Shown: positions 21,441 through 34,379, numbered from the stretch's first letter. The stretch: DNA of 64,000 nucleotides from Orbicella franksi (GCA_964199315.1 OZ116698.1:44144001-44208000), one strand, 5' to 3'. Made by a program: numbers and translations. The notes: generated by a model from the sequence alone, not told the origin.

Positions 21441-21924
21441 TAAATAAAAGGGTGCTCGCTAGTGTATTGGGCCTAAGCACAAGGGTTCTAACTAGGTTTT
21501 ACAAAAATGCTCAAGGGTGCTCACTGGTTTGATAGGCGTGATGGGATAAGTGAAAGAATATTTACTCGTGATAAACACAAGCACAATGCTTTTAATTTGT
21601 TTCCTAGTGATAGGCATAAGTACGAGGTCCCATACGTGGTATCGCACTAACTGCAATTCAATACTTGCCAGCCGTATTGGCTAAACAATGTGGAACATGC
21701 ATTTGCCTCCTGAAGATGCAAATTTGATCTCGAGTAAGTTGGATGAATATGCGTGCAAGTCGCTGGCCTGGTAAAATAAGCTACAAATTGAAACAAGTTG
21801 GAAACTTACTTCTACCGACAACTCTGCAACACATTTTGTTGCTTATAACTACCGCAGTGAATAGAGATGGTAAAACAAATTGTGATTTCGCCCCATTCAC
21901 TCCGTGAGGCAGACCGACTCGAAT

Positions 21925-22300
21925 GTATTTTAATTACTATGGTCCTATCAACTTGTTAGTCTCTGGACGTAACCCAAGAGTATGACCATGCAACTGAAAT
22001 CTTTTGGGAAGTATTTTTAAGTGTGTTGATTGTTGTTGTTCTTATTTACTGCGACTCTAACAGTGGCAGTCAATTGAGACAAGGTAAATAAGGCGTAAAT
22101 GCTAGACTTATTAAGTAATTTTGATTACTGAGGTCCTATCAGTCTTTGGATGAAACCCAAGAGTTTGACCACTCAATTGAAAGCTTTTGCATGGAGAATA
22201 TTTTTAAGAGTGCTGATTGTTTTTTTTTTTTAACATTTTAAAAACCCCGACTCCAACAGTGGCAGTCGACTGAGACAAGGTAAATAAGGGATAAATACTA
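21925..22300. repeat. Degenerate tandem duplication, 2 x about 190 bp
   Basis: ggtcctatca...acccaagagt.tgacca...aacagtggcagtc.a.tgagacaaggtaaataagg occurs at about 21940-22095 and about 22130-22290. Confidence 0.8.
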
Positions 22301-25300
22301 AACTCGTAAAGCTCAGTCCCGCCCATAAAACTTGAAGTCCTTCGACTAAGAAAAACTGGTTGGTGCACCATTTAATGGTATAGAGCTTCAGTTTGAGCGT
22401 GGAAATCGACATGCAGGAAGTGTTTCTCGGTGGGTTAACCTAACTTATTTTGATTCGTTACTCAGCAAACACATATAATAGTAGGCTATAAACAGCTTCA
22501 GACAGATTTATTAGCAGTCGCGGAAACAGTCAGGAAAACAGAGATAAATGGTTTTAAGATAATTAGCTACACATATATACAATAAAGTAAAAATAGAAAC
22601 TGCATTTATATATATATATCATACGTTACCACAACAGAAAACCACATAACAAATTTAGACTTCGCTTTTCTGCATCTTTACTTGAACCAAGGTACAACTG
22701 ATAGAAAGTATGTTTGAGTGGTTACAAATTCGTCCCCATTTTTTCCTATCTACTCTCGCCCCAACTTAACTGTTCGTGACTAAGACCACAGTTTCTTTCA
22801 TACAGACAGACTTATGGACTGCTGTAGGGTTAAATTCGTGTTCATTGCCGTATTTATTTTGGCAAATAACCGACTGGGCTCAAACACGTGGGCGAATTAT
22901 CCGTATTAGAAGGACTGATTGTTTTCTGTGAAGATAATAAATGACCAATGTCCTTTAGCCAATTAGAACACACAAAACGTGTTGTTGTTCCGAATTTATA
23001 ACATCTACATGGAAATATCCCTAAGTTCTGGACGGAAATAAAATTGTTCCATTTTTTAGCATTGAAATGTCCATCGTTCCCTATGTGAACTTCGAAAGAT
23101 TTCCACATTTTACTGCGAATTAGAACAATCCTGCAAATGCAACTGTTTTTTTTTTTTTTAAATGATATATATATACGCACTCTGAACTTACCCAACAGAT
23201 TATACTTTTATATCCTTCTTATAAGGTGAGACATCCGTCACTCAGAATTGCAATTTCTAGACAAGATTCGTGGGTGGCGTAGGTATGTTTTGTCGTATAT
23301 AACAGATTGGAAAAAAAAAAAGACAAAAATATTTTCGGTGCCAAATATCTTTAAGCCGTTCGCTCTTTCACTTGAACAGATGCGAGCTGCTACATTTTTT
23401 GCGCAAACTTGTCCAGTTTTTGTGGTTTCCGGAACTCGTGTTTTAAGAGTTTTGTTTAGTAACCGTGCTTCCAAAAAACTTTATCTCTAATCCCCGGAAC
23501 GCTGATCACTCAACCTCGCCCTGCCAAAAAAGTTGTTTGGTAGGTCTCAGTTTTCTCTTGTCAGATCAATATACTGTTAATCTGCAACTGGCAGGGTATG
23601 TTTAAAAATAGTCTTTATTGAAGATCGTGACAACCTCCTGTGTTTTCTCGATGATAGCACTGTATTTTATCTAGATTATCTTTTTTGTTCCTAATCGAAA
23701 TGTAAATACATGCAGTGACCTTGTAAAGATCTTTTAGTCATGTCAACGGATTTAGCCTTATCATGACGAATGCCCAGACCGCAAAGACGTGTACAACAAG
23801 TGGGATATGAATTCCTTTTCGTCCTAGCCTGCAACCGTCCCACGACTACGTTGTTAAAATATTTACAGTGCTGCAAACCTTTTGAATTAGCATAGACAGT
23901 GACGAAATTCACGTGGGAAAAAACCTCGTGCAAGGCGGCGAAGAATGCCAAAAATTGCGTTTGTTTGCACTTCGCATTCCTGAAAAGTCTATGATGTTGC
24001 TTTATTGCACAATGTGCCTGACGCAAGAAACTGCCGCGTGCCCGTTAAGCAAGTGTGTTGGGCAAACAATTGGCAAAGAATGGATCAAAAAAATCTTTAG
24101 ACGGGGTCACGAGGGGTTAACTCGCTGCCACGAGGTTTGAGCGCGGACTGCTTTACATCTTCGAGGAGTTTACATAGGGAATCACGCCAACCCCTTGGCC
24201 TGTATTTTCAGAAGGACTTTTTCCCACGCAAAACAATGGCACACTTTTGCAAACAGCCGAGCGATCGGAAACGCGACACTGTATGAAACAATGCAGTCCT
24301 TAGCCTTGTTATTTCAGTAAACATCTATTGGGTCAAGGCGTCCAAATTCGACTTAAGGAATGTTTTTGCAAACCCTGCCCACGGCAGCCTAACAATTCCA
24401 AGGATACCTTCGCCGACAAAACGAGGACAATGGCGGGAAATGTTCTAGCAAACAGAACAACCGCATCGGCGATGCGAAATTAGCTGCCGACAAAGCCAAA
24501 ACACGCCGCGTCTGGAGCTTAGCTATCGAGATTCTTTGTTTAGATAAGGTTGCTCGAGACCTGTGCCTTGTGTCCCATCGCGGGGTTTATCGAGATCGAT
24601 ATCAAACGAATATCAGTTGACAGGATTGTGAATGCACATAAAGCAGACGCTTCTCTCCGCATGGACGCTTTAAGAAAGATTATTTCTTGTCGCGCTTGGA
24701 AGCCGGAAAAGGCTATTTGTCGCTTAGGCCGGGGTGCTAAAAGGATAGCGTGTAAGCATCTTAAATCATTTAGCGAGTAAATGCCATTCATCGACTGAGT
24801 CTTGTTATCAGAATATAGCGATCTTGACGCGTCGGTCAATTGAATCTACATGACATGATAGCATGGTTATCAATTTCACTGTTGAGTGAAACAGGCTGAA
24901 AGTTACAAGCCATATTTGCTCAGCGGCGCGCTCTCTGTAGAAATAGAGCACGGCTCGCCCAGAGAAATAAGCGAATAAGATTAATTTTCTGTAACCTTTA
25001 TGGGATTCTGTGAACCGCCGACACTGGGCAGATTAAAGAGGGGGATTTCGTAAGCCTCATCAGTGTCATCGCAGTGTTTTTGTGCCTCTCTTCGCGGTCA
25101 TTTTTATTAATTCGAGTTGCGTATCATCTGCTGGTATAATTCTTTCAGTTCAACTCCCTTACCAAGGAAATAGGCTGACTGCAACTTAGTTTCTCAGTGA
25201 CATGCAATACATTTGCAAATTTATCTCAGAAGCCCTTGAATCAACATTCCGCCCGGTTTGAATATAACTTTCTAGCAACCCTTTGAAGTGCATGGCGACA

Positions 25301-28300
25301 GAAATGAGCCATAATCTATTCCCTGCCATAAAACCATCAATAAAAAGTAATAATGAGTTAAGTAGCTAGAAAGACCTACTACAGTTTAAACAGTAATTTT
25401 TTAACAAAACAACATTAGCTGACTTGGAGGCACGACATAGGTTATAACCCCCAATATTAGCTACCGAGCAAAACTGAAATACTTTAAGTCGTAGTACAGA
25501 CGACGAAATTTGATCATTGTTTTGAACCACGACATCATGTTTTCCTTCTTTGGTTCTGAGTATTGTTTCAAGGCAGTGAAACTGAGAAACTGAAATTAGA
25601 AAATGATAATAATCAAAACATTATATAAAATAATACATGTTATTAATGTTCTCTGCATTAGGTGGTAACTCTTTCTTTGTTTTGGAGTTTTATTGGTTTG
25701 ATTTGAGATCGGCAAGACTTAGAAGGCTGTTTTCAAGCTGGAAACGAAACAGTTCTTAGTAAGTTGAATGCATTTAATGTGTTTCAGTTCGGATATAAAA
25801 AATACGATCAATCGAGTGAAAGTTGTTGATGAATCTTTTAGAACAGTTTTAGTTAGTTACACAGTAAAGCCTGTATAAAACCGGACACTGGTGAAATGAT
25901 ACTTACTGTCAGCTATTGGACATAATTTTCCGGAGTTTGAGCCGCAAGTGTTGACCACCAGATTGTTGTGGTAATGATACATCGAAACGTGAAGCATGAC
26001 CTTTCAGGAATGGAACTTGTTGACGACTGCAATTTTGTGCTATTGTTCAGTCAAGCCCAACAATTATGTCGAATGAAAAGCAGAACCCGATTTAGTAGCT
26101 TTTATTTAGCTTTATGTGTCAAAAAGACGAGCTTTTTAAACCGTTCTGCAATCGAAGTTGTGGTGTGTAGCATGTTCTGGGCCACAATAAAACAGGAAAT
26201 GGTTGGTGTACTGAAGTTTACAATCAGGTGGAAATTCAAATCATTCGACTTTCTAATGAGTGTCGAAGTTGTATGCCTCAGGGTAACTTTGTCTACAATA
26301 AAAGTGGTTAATGACTGTACCCGCCTTACCCTTCGAAAGTGAGTTGAATCTCAAGTACTCAAGTTAAAATTATATTGTAGTTTTGATTTTGCCATGAAAA
26401 TATTTCTTGCCCAAAAGCGCGGCGACCACGAAATTCTTCAGTTGAACTAAAAGTGAACGTTTTCAGTCTACAAGGGACACTGAATTGTAAATACAGCGTG
26501 GTAGAATAAATGCTGATATCTCTTTTGGCATTACGGTGCAATTATGCGGACAACGTCGGTTCAAAAGTTTATCGCTTTGTGCACGCGACGGTAATTTTCG
26601 ACCTCTGAAAAGAACTTCAACTTTTTCCTGTCGTCTAACAATCAAAAACTATTCCTAATACCTCTCCTTTTAGCTTTCAATGAAAGTATTTTGAGAAATT
26701 CTGCAAATCGTGTAGTAACCATGCTAGTGCAATGTTCTTATGGTGTTATGTTCATCCTGGTTCATTGTGTTGACGCAATTTAGAATTGTTACCATATGGG
26801 ACCATATGTTCCAAAATGTGAGACAAGTGTACTTTTCTGGCATTGTCGGTACTTCTCAGTCAAGTTTTTGAAGCATTTGAAGGCCGAATGACAGTCCCTA
26901 TTATGTGAATTTAGCTAAAAACTCTTGCGTGTCGTTTCGAGGGAACGCAGTTTATCGCATGCAAGAATTTGCTATTTATACTCACATAGTCTGCGCAAGA
27001 AGTGCTATTAATTTTAACTTTCACAAAATGTCAGGGCTTCGCAAAGCAAATATAAGAAAGTTTATGCAAAAGGCTGTATTTCGTAGTTGGCGGCGAAGTT
27101 ATAACTCTAACCAAATCTTCAATTCAACGGGCATATCGTAAATTAAGGCTTAGAACTAATTTTCCTGCCGTTATAAAAAAATTACGAGATCAAGCCTACA
27201 TAAAGTGGCCTAAAAGATGTAATTTTCTTTGAGAAGTATCCATTAGTCTTATAATTTGTCTATAAAATGAAAAGAAATTGTGGTAAAGCTGACGAAAGAA
27301 TAAATTGGAGATAAATTTATAATCAGATCTCCCAGACCCAACTTGATGACTAAAGAGATACAGTAGTTATGTAAACATTGTGTAGTTCTCTGGAAGAATT
27401 TTTACATGCCAAATTTTATCTTCACTCGGAATCGTGGATCTTACGCTGTTGTTTGCCATGATCCGATTCAAAACACGGCACAAAATGAATCTAAAAGAAG
27501 CAATTATTAATTTACATAGACTGTAGAAGGTCATCTGTTTAGTTGAACCTTGTCTACATATCAAGCACGCAAGACAGTCACCTCACGCAAGCTTTTCCCG
27601 CACGTGAAACACAGGATTCGTGGCTAACTTGTGGGCACACATTGCTAAACCACGCGTCAAATCTCGCATAATTGCAAAAACAGGAAGCCTATTCCTAAGA
27701 AACGTCCAATTTCAGCCAGTTTAGAATCACATGTACCTCACAATAGCTGTCACAAGCCATATCCAAAATAATAACTCACAACAAAAAAAACCTATCTAAA
27801 AATTCCATTCTTTCGTCCTTCTCGCCCGAGGCTACAAGGGCGAATCGCACGAAACTGTAGCAGGAGCAGGTGCGATTTAAATAAGTGTCACAATATCCTT
27901 AAGGAAGATAGTTTGACTTTTAAAACGATTTTAGTCCGCGAGCAATTTGATAAACATCGAATTTTAACCGTTTTACCCCGCCTTTTCTATTCAAAGTGAT
28001 GAGCGACGGCGATGTATACCTTTATACATGTATTCATCACTCCCATTTCGTGGCCAATTTATCTGATTATCTGCAGTATCTAGAAAGGAAGGAAAGAGAA
28101 AGGGGGATTGACACGATGAAGCAGAAGGCAAAATAAGGCGGGGTTTGAAATGTCAAACTTGCAAAGTACCACCTGACATTTTCTGTTCTTCTGGCACCAA
28201 GGTGTCTGGAAAGAAATTTTGCTTTAAACAATTGTGAACATCTGAACGCTTTTTACTTTAATTGCTACAACTTTAAGAACATTGATGAACGTAAATTGTC

Positions 28301-28745
28301 AGTACAGTACCCTTTGGTCTTTCAATGTACGCTTTGGACTTCCTCGAATGGTTAAGCTCTTGAAACAGTTTAGGGCAATTCCATCAGCTTTTTTTCCTTT
28401 ACTTTCTTGCGCGCACAATACAAAACCCTTTATTGACTGGCCGCCAAAAGAAACGCAGTTGCCTTAGTTTCTTTTAAAAGGTTTTGAAACGCTTTATGAG
28501 CCAAAGATAGGCATCCCTACTGTAACACGCGCAAGAACAGCATTGCTAATGGAAATCGGAGAGACCAACAGAGCACGTCACAAACACACACAGACACACT
28601 TAAAACAAAATGTCTTCAAGTAATGACTCTGTCTCAATGCTTTTTAACATCGCAAGAAAAGAAATTCCAAAGTCTGGCGCTCGTGGAAGGTGGAGGACAA
28701 AAACTGACTACAGCGACACACTCCAAAAACACCGTTGTACACTTT

Positions 28746-28751
28746 TTTATT
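28746..28751 (-). terminator. Candidate Islet polyadenylation signal AATAAA (second candidate at 28429-28434)
   Basis: First AATAAA on the minus strand that I found downstream of the stop codon (about 230 nt). Confidence 0.4.
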
Positions 28752-28983
28752 GAGAGGTTTTCTCTCAACACGTAAACAATATCCCATAAAATATATACAT
28801 TGCCAAAACAAGAGTACAATGTGATGTCCCTTGCAATAATTGTCATGAACTTTACACTTTACAGAATGTTCGATGCTTGCGATAGAAGAAATAAATTAAG
28901 ATTTCCGGAAGACGAGCGCAATAGCTATAAGTCCAACTCTCTTAAGTCTCTGTTTAAAAGTCGTCTTGCAATCGGTGGAGGAT

Positions 28984-29049
28984 TTAATTTGCTCCAATAC
29001 CTTCATGCGGTCGCGATACCATATGGGGCGCCTGCTCCGAGAACTGCAC
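28984..29049 (-). CDS. ISL1: Islet exon 6 ([21 protein letters not shown]-stop)
   Basis: Long pyrimidine tract plus ctgttag acceptor; VQFSE matches vertebrate VNFSE at the start of the last exon. Confidence 0.85.
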   Translation of the reverse strand: MQFSEQAPHMVSRPHEGIGAN

Positions 29050-32000
29050 CTAACAGCAGAGATAGAAAGAAAGAGAATTACAATTATTTAGGAGAAACAA
29101 CATTCACGCAGTTTTATCTCTACAACGGGAACAAACAAATCATGAATTCTTCAAATGATACATGTACCATCGAGTCTAACACTAAAGTTATGGCCGAGCC
29201 CATTTATTGAGACTTTAGTTTTAGGTTAGCCACTGTAACCCTCCTGGTCTCAATCGGTGTGTCACCGTTTTAAGCCAGAAATACGACAGAACTTGTCTTT
29301 CAACGTTTTGTTTTACGGTTGTTTCCACGTAGCAACACACGTTGCGTCGATTTTTGTGTAGAAAAATGCTACCATTGCAAAGTGCAGAAGCTTACGCATG
29401 TGTTCTTTGTTTTCGCTAAATGAACTCTTTTACCGCACGCTGCGAAGTAGATGTTTATCGCGATTAACTCAACAAATATCCCGCTGTTAGGAAAAAGGTC
29501 AAAAAAACGTCTTTGTTATTGATTAAATGTTTAAGCTTTAGAGGTACCGACCGCCAGCTTTCCCAAATTTATGAGCACAAAGACTTGGATTTGACAAACG
29601 AATCAATAGCGAGAAATTTGACGGGAAAAAAAGGACCTCTCCGCTGTTGAAAGATGTCGAGGAAAACTGAGAAATACCGAAAGCAAGAAGGAAATAGGGA
29701 AGACGAATAAGTGTGTTAACTAGCTGAAATTCCAGTAACATGCAGATAAAACAATGTACTACAGTCAAGTTTTATCGCCGCATTTTTAAAGGTGTTCATA
29801 AGGCTTATAAATAACCATGTCCTACCGGTGGCTTCTTCATTATGGCCATGAATTTATTTCAAAGAACCTGGAAATTTCGCGTAGAACCGAAGTGAACAGA
29901 CGGGATTTGGTTGGACCTGTGTTGCAGTGAAGTGTGAGCGCCAAGCTTTTTTAATTTCTTTTGCTCTTGTTCATTCAGTAGCAAGAAAAATACATAAGGC
30001 CAAGGTTTCGTTTCGCCCGAGAAGTCTTTGTTTTGAAAGGTGTGAGGCAATTAGTACAAAGCACAATGCCATACAATACTGACAAATTTCACTTTCCCAT
30101 AACTGAAAGATTTCTTGATATAACATGAACTGTTAAGACGATGGAAACTCCCAAAAATATAACAACTATTTCCGAATTAAACTGAAATGAAGTGCTTCAG
30201 TTCTAAACTTTTCAGTAAGGCCTGAAGGAAAAACATTTGAGGTCTGAAACAATGGCATAAGAGAGTGGTAAAATCTTTCTGAATATACTCCTCGTCAAAG
30301 ATCAGGAAAAAAGTTTGCTCAAAATCACTTTATTGCGATGTACGATTGAGTTGACAGAGAATCAAAGCAATTGAAATTTGTAACTCCGGTCTCGTTGAAT
30401 ACGTTGAATATGGTTATGCAAAATAGACAAGCCTTCTATTCAGAAGAGGAGCAATTATGGTGTCATATATACAAAAAACACAAGCCTGCCTCGATGTATA
30501 CACGCTTGGCTTGTTGGATTAATGGTCCCCTTAGGGTAGACAATCTCTAGCTAAATTTATTTTGACACAAGGGTTTTCCGCTTGTTCGTGCCATTTTCGG
30601 TTAAACGCTTGCTTGCGTTATTAGAGAGCGCTTTGCAGCCGTATAATTGGGCCATTTAAACCGCTCAAGATGTTCAGTATTACGCCGGTGGAACGGAGAC
30701 TTCAACAGTGTAAAAAGACAAAGGAACCAGGTCGCAAATAAACTAACATGCTAGCTGACTCTTTTATGTGTAATTTTGAAGCTTACCAGTTGTTGAAACG
30801 GACCTTGATCCATGTCGTTGTGTAAGGCGAACTCATTCAGAGCCTTCCATGGTTGATAACTAGGGATATCACCCATTGCTACGTCAGTTGGCGGTCTTAG
30901 CGAAGGTGGAGTTATATTCGAAGAGTAAGTTTGAACACCCGAAATAGCTGATGGCGGTAGCGAGCGGCTGGAGAGTGCGTTCGGAGAGCTACCAGTCGGA
31001 CTCTGTATACAAACGGCACAAAGATACATTCTGATTAAAAACAAGGGTATAAAAATCGCGTCAATTATTATGACTTCGATCAAGCTATGTTTGCCTTTAT
31101 AAAACGTATACAGTTTGCTTCCCCACTGAGAATAATGGTAATTGCAATTTTGGTTCGATGCTGCGCCTAACTAGTAAAGCACAACAGGCAGCGATCATCA
31201 TGAACCGAATCGCGGAGTTAAAGAATTTGGAGCAACAACTTTAGTTGACATAAGACAACTGTGTGTGCGTATGATAATAAAACAGCAGATGCGAACGCGC
31301 CGCCGAGTCCGTCAGCGAGCAAGAATGATTTTATAATAGGCCACACTTGTTGTACATTCATATTCAAAAAGGTTGAATGATTTACAAAGCACGCTTAAAA
31401 TTCGCTTTCTCCAGAGCCGAGATCGTGCGGAAATAAACAAACAATTCCAATGGGTGGTCGATAGTTTAACGAGGAAGTTGGGAGACATTCGTTTTTGACT
31501 GAAGCTCAAAAATATCGGAGACCCGTCAAGCCAGCTGTGAAGCCTAACAATCTAAAATTAACACCTTCTGGCTAATTCTTCCAATTATGTTAACAAGAAA
31601 CATCCTCGCTAGGTGAAGGCAATGAAAGACATTCGAACCAAGGCGAAAGGCGCTTTTTATAGACAACAAAACAGAGGGGAGAAAGCCTTACGTTTGCTCG
31701 CCAAGCTCGATTAACCACCTGTGCGTAAATAGTATTCTTGTTTCCGTCTTTGTGGTGACAGAACAAAGTGTTAGCACACGAAAATACTGACAAGAATCGC
31801 TCGCGCGCTCATCGCGAACGGGGAATCAAAATTTGAAATTCAACATTTACCTGCCCGTCATCCGAGCCCGCTCCTTGGTGCTGGTGGTGGGACGACGTTT
31901 TATTTAACATCATGGACTTTTTCTTGTCTTTACAGCGTTTATTCTGAAACCAGACGCGTATAACTCGAGGGCTCAAGCCAGTCATCTCGACGAGCTGTTC

Positions 32001-34337
32001 TTTCATCATTGCGTCAGGCCGTGGGTTCGCCGCATAGCATGTTCTTAGCGTGTGTAACTGCTTCTCGTTCAACACGGTCCGTACCCTGGTCGTTTTCTCG
32101 GATTTTCCGCGCCGTGTTGGAGAGCCATCGGGCTGACCGTTTGAGTGCGCTGCAAAGGCATCATTATGGTAAACTTAGTCTCACGCTCCACTCGCGATAG
32201 AAACTAATATTTCGAGAGTCGAAACTAATATTTTGAGGAGAATACTTCACTGTGACAATACGGAGCTGTGAAGTCTATAAATGGAGTATGTGTTCAAATT
32301 CAGAAGACACTATATACTGCACTCTCGCAATTATACTTCTCGTACAAACATCCTTCAGCTTAAGATTTTGTAGTTTCCTGCGGAAATGTTTGTACTTTAG
32401 GGAAAGTATTAAGATAAGTATCGGCAGTTGCAATACAACTGTTACAGCTTCAACGAAATCGTTTGGCTCGCTGAGTTGACTAAGCAGTATTTTAACAGTA
32501 TAAAGCTGCGTATGGGTCATCCAATTTGCGATCACGGAAACTCTATGATCGGAAATAAATGTCAGAAGTACTTGTGCGTGTTGAACCTTATAATTGGGAA
32601 GCGAAGATATTACCAACAAACATTCAATTCTGAATTAAACTACTAGCGATGACTGAGCAGGTTATAATATTCTCCCGTGTATCCAGGGTTTGACCTGTGA
32701 CAGCGCGCGGCAAGATCGCCGAGAGCTAAGTTGCCCAACTACAAACCAGGCTTAAATTAAGCGCCATAACACCAATAAACACGTACGCTAAGAAATGCTA
32801 AGCTCTCCTAAGTCAACCCGAATTCGAGCAGTTGAAAATTTACCCTGGATACGTGCAGAGTCAATCCGAGTCGCTAATAGTGTTATCAACCCCAATTTGA
32901 TTAGATTCTGATATATTCACTGACAAGACCTACCGCATCGAAGCAGTAACTGGGAGCAGAAACAGACCGACGTACCTGATGATTGAGACGAGGATCTTTG
33001 TCCACCTCGAGCATGTGCCGCTTGAGCTGTAGCAGTCGCTTTCTCCACAATTTCGTTGTCCTCCTTGCAAAATAACCCGTCCTCCCGCAGCGCAAACTCG
33101 TCGCCTGGGACAAGTTGCCTACTGCAGGCGATGCAGCGAAAACAGTCTATATGATAGATTTGATTCTTCGCCCTCATCACGAAATCGTTTTTGGTCACCG
33201 ACCGAGAACACTTGGCGCACTTTGTGCCAAATAACCTGAAGAGGAGGAAAGAAGAAAGATTGTTCAATAGCAGGAAAGCAAATAATGCGCTTCGCAAGAA
33301 CGACTTTCGCAAATATATCTGTTTCGGTTTCATTCGTATCCGAAGTGACCCGTCAGTATGCGTTTTTAAAATGTTCCTACTCGTTATTAGGCCTAATCCT
33401 GAAGATATCCCAGCGGAAGAAACCTGCACGGATTGCAAACTTGCGATCGAAAACGAAATCTAAGAAAACCACAAGTTTAAATTGTACTTTTAGCCTCCTG
33501 CTTGTCGAGTTGGCAAACTTTCCCGCCTCGCTTGCCCACAATAAGAAAGAGGCGGAGTCAGAATATAACTTGTGTGAACTAAATTTCCTGAACTCCAGCC
33601 GCCCGGTAACCGTGTGAATTTCTTGACAATTAGCTTCCCTGATATCCCCAGAATATACAGCGCTATCCAAAATAACTATGCACGACAGTACACAGCGGGG
33701 GAAATCAGGGCAACTAACTAGCGAGTAGCTTATAAGTCGGCTTTGTGAAGACAATACGGTCATAAGCATCAAACAACTACTCTGTCTTCCTAATTAACAA
33801 CATTGATTCCTTCGCCGGAATAATATGCCGTCAGTGTTTGTAATAAGCTACGTAATCCCAGAGAACATGGTCTGGTGAAAACGCCGGCGGTCAAATCTGG
33901 CACAGTGAGCGTTGATGGCGATTTGATCGCACCTGGCTGGTCTCCGATCCTGATTTCTCAGCAGTAGATTGGTCTGGCTTACCTAACATAATCACGCTTG
34001 CAGTACGTCTTTCCGTCTCGCACAAAACACGTACAAGTTTCGTCCAGATACGTGTGGCAATCAGCGCATTTGAGGCAGCCGGCGTGCCATTCCAGGTCGG
34101 GTGCTACGCGGAGAATGTACTGGTCTTGAATCTGAGAGCCGCAGCCGACACACATGGATATTCGACGCTTCTCTGCAAAAGAAACACAAAACAAAACTTA
34201 AGAGCTCCTTGGTCTAAAGCGTGACAGGAAATACTTCTGAGCGTCCAAGAGAGCCACCGCGCTGAGACAAAGTTTATTTTGACGAGCGGGGAATCGCATC
34301 GAGTTAAGTACATACGTTGAAGATCCTGTTCGCTCAT
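28984..34337 (-). CDS. ISL1: Islet LIM-homeodomain transcription factor (ISL1/ISL2 pro-orthologue), 6 coding exons, 350 aa
   Basis: join(34316-34337, 33983-34172, 32976-33235, 31851-32149, 30787-31002, 28984-29049) = 1053 nt, all GT-AG and in frame. LIM1, LIM2, homeodomain [59 protein letters not shown], and the Islet-specific [13 protein letters not shown]...FQQLVQFSE. Confidence 0.97.
30787..31002 (-). CDS. ISL1: Islet exon 5 (LIM-binding/Islet-specific domain)
   Basis: atacag| ... CTG|GTAAGC, 216 bp; ends [25 protein letters not shown]. Confidence 0.93.
31851..32149 (-). CDS. ISL1: Islet exon 4 (homeodomain)
   Basis: tttgcag| ... CAG|GTAAAT, 299 bp; homeodomain nearly identical to vertebrate ISL1. 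Confidence 0.97.
32976..33235 (-). CDS. ISL1: Islet exon 3 (LIM2)
   Basis: ttcag| ... CAG|GTACGT, 260 bp; [54 protein letters not shown]. Confidence 0.97.
33983..34172 (-). CDS. ISL1: Islet exon 2 (LIM1)
   Basis: ttttgcag| ... TAG|GTAAGC, 190 bp; [55 protein letters not shown]. Confidence 0.97.
34316..34337 (-). CDS. ISL1: Islet exon 1 (MSEQDLQ, phase 1)
   Basis: ggaATGAGC start, donor AAC|GTATGT; phase matches exon 2. Confidence 0.8.
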
Positions 34338-34379
34338 TCCCAAGGAAGCTACACAAGACACGCTCGGTGATATCAACCA

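Noticed and set aside
32009-33617. Plus-strand ORFs overlapping Islet exons
   Set aside because: Antisense shadows of the conserved Islet exons with no domain signal.
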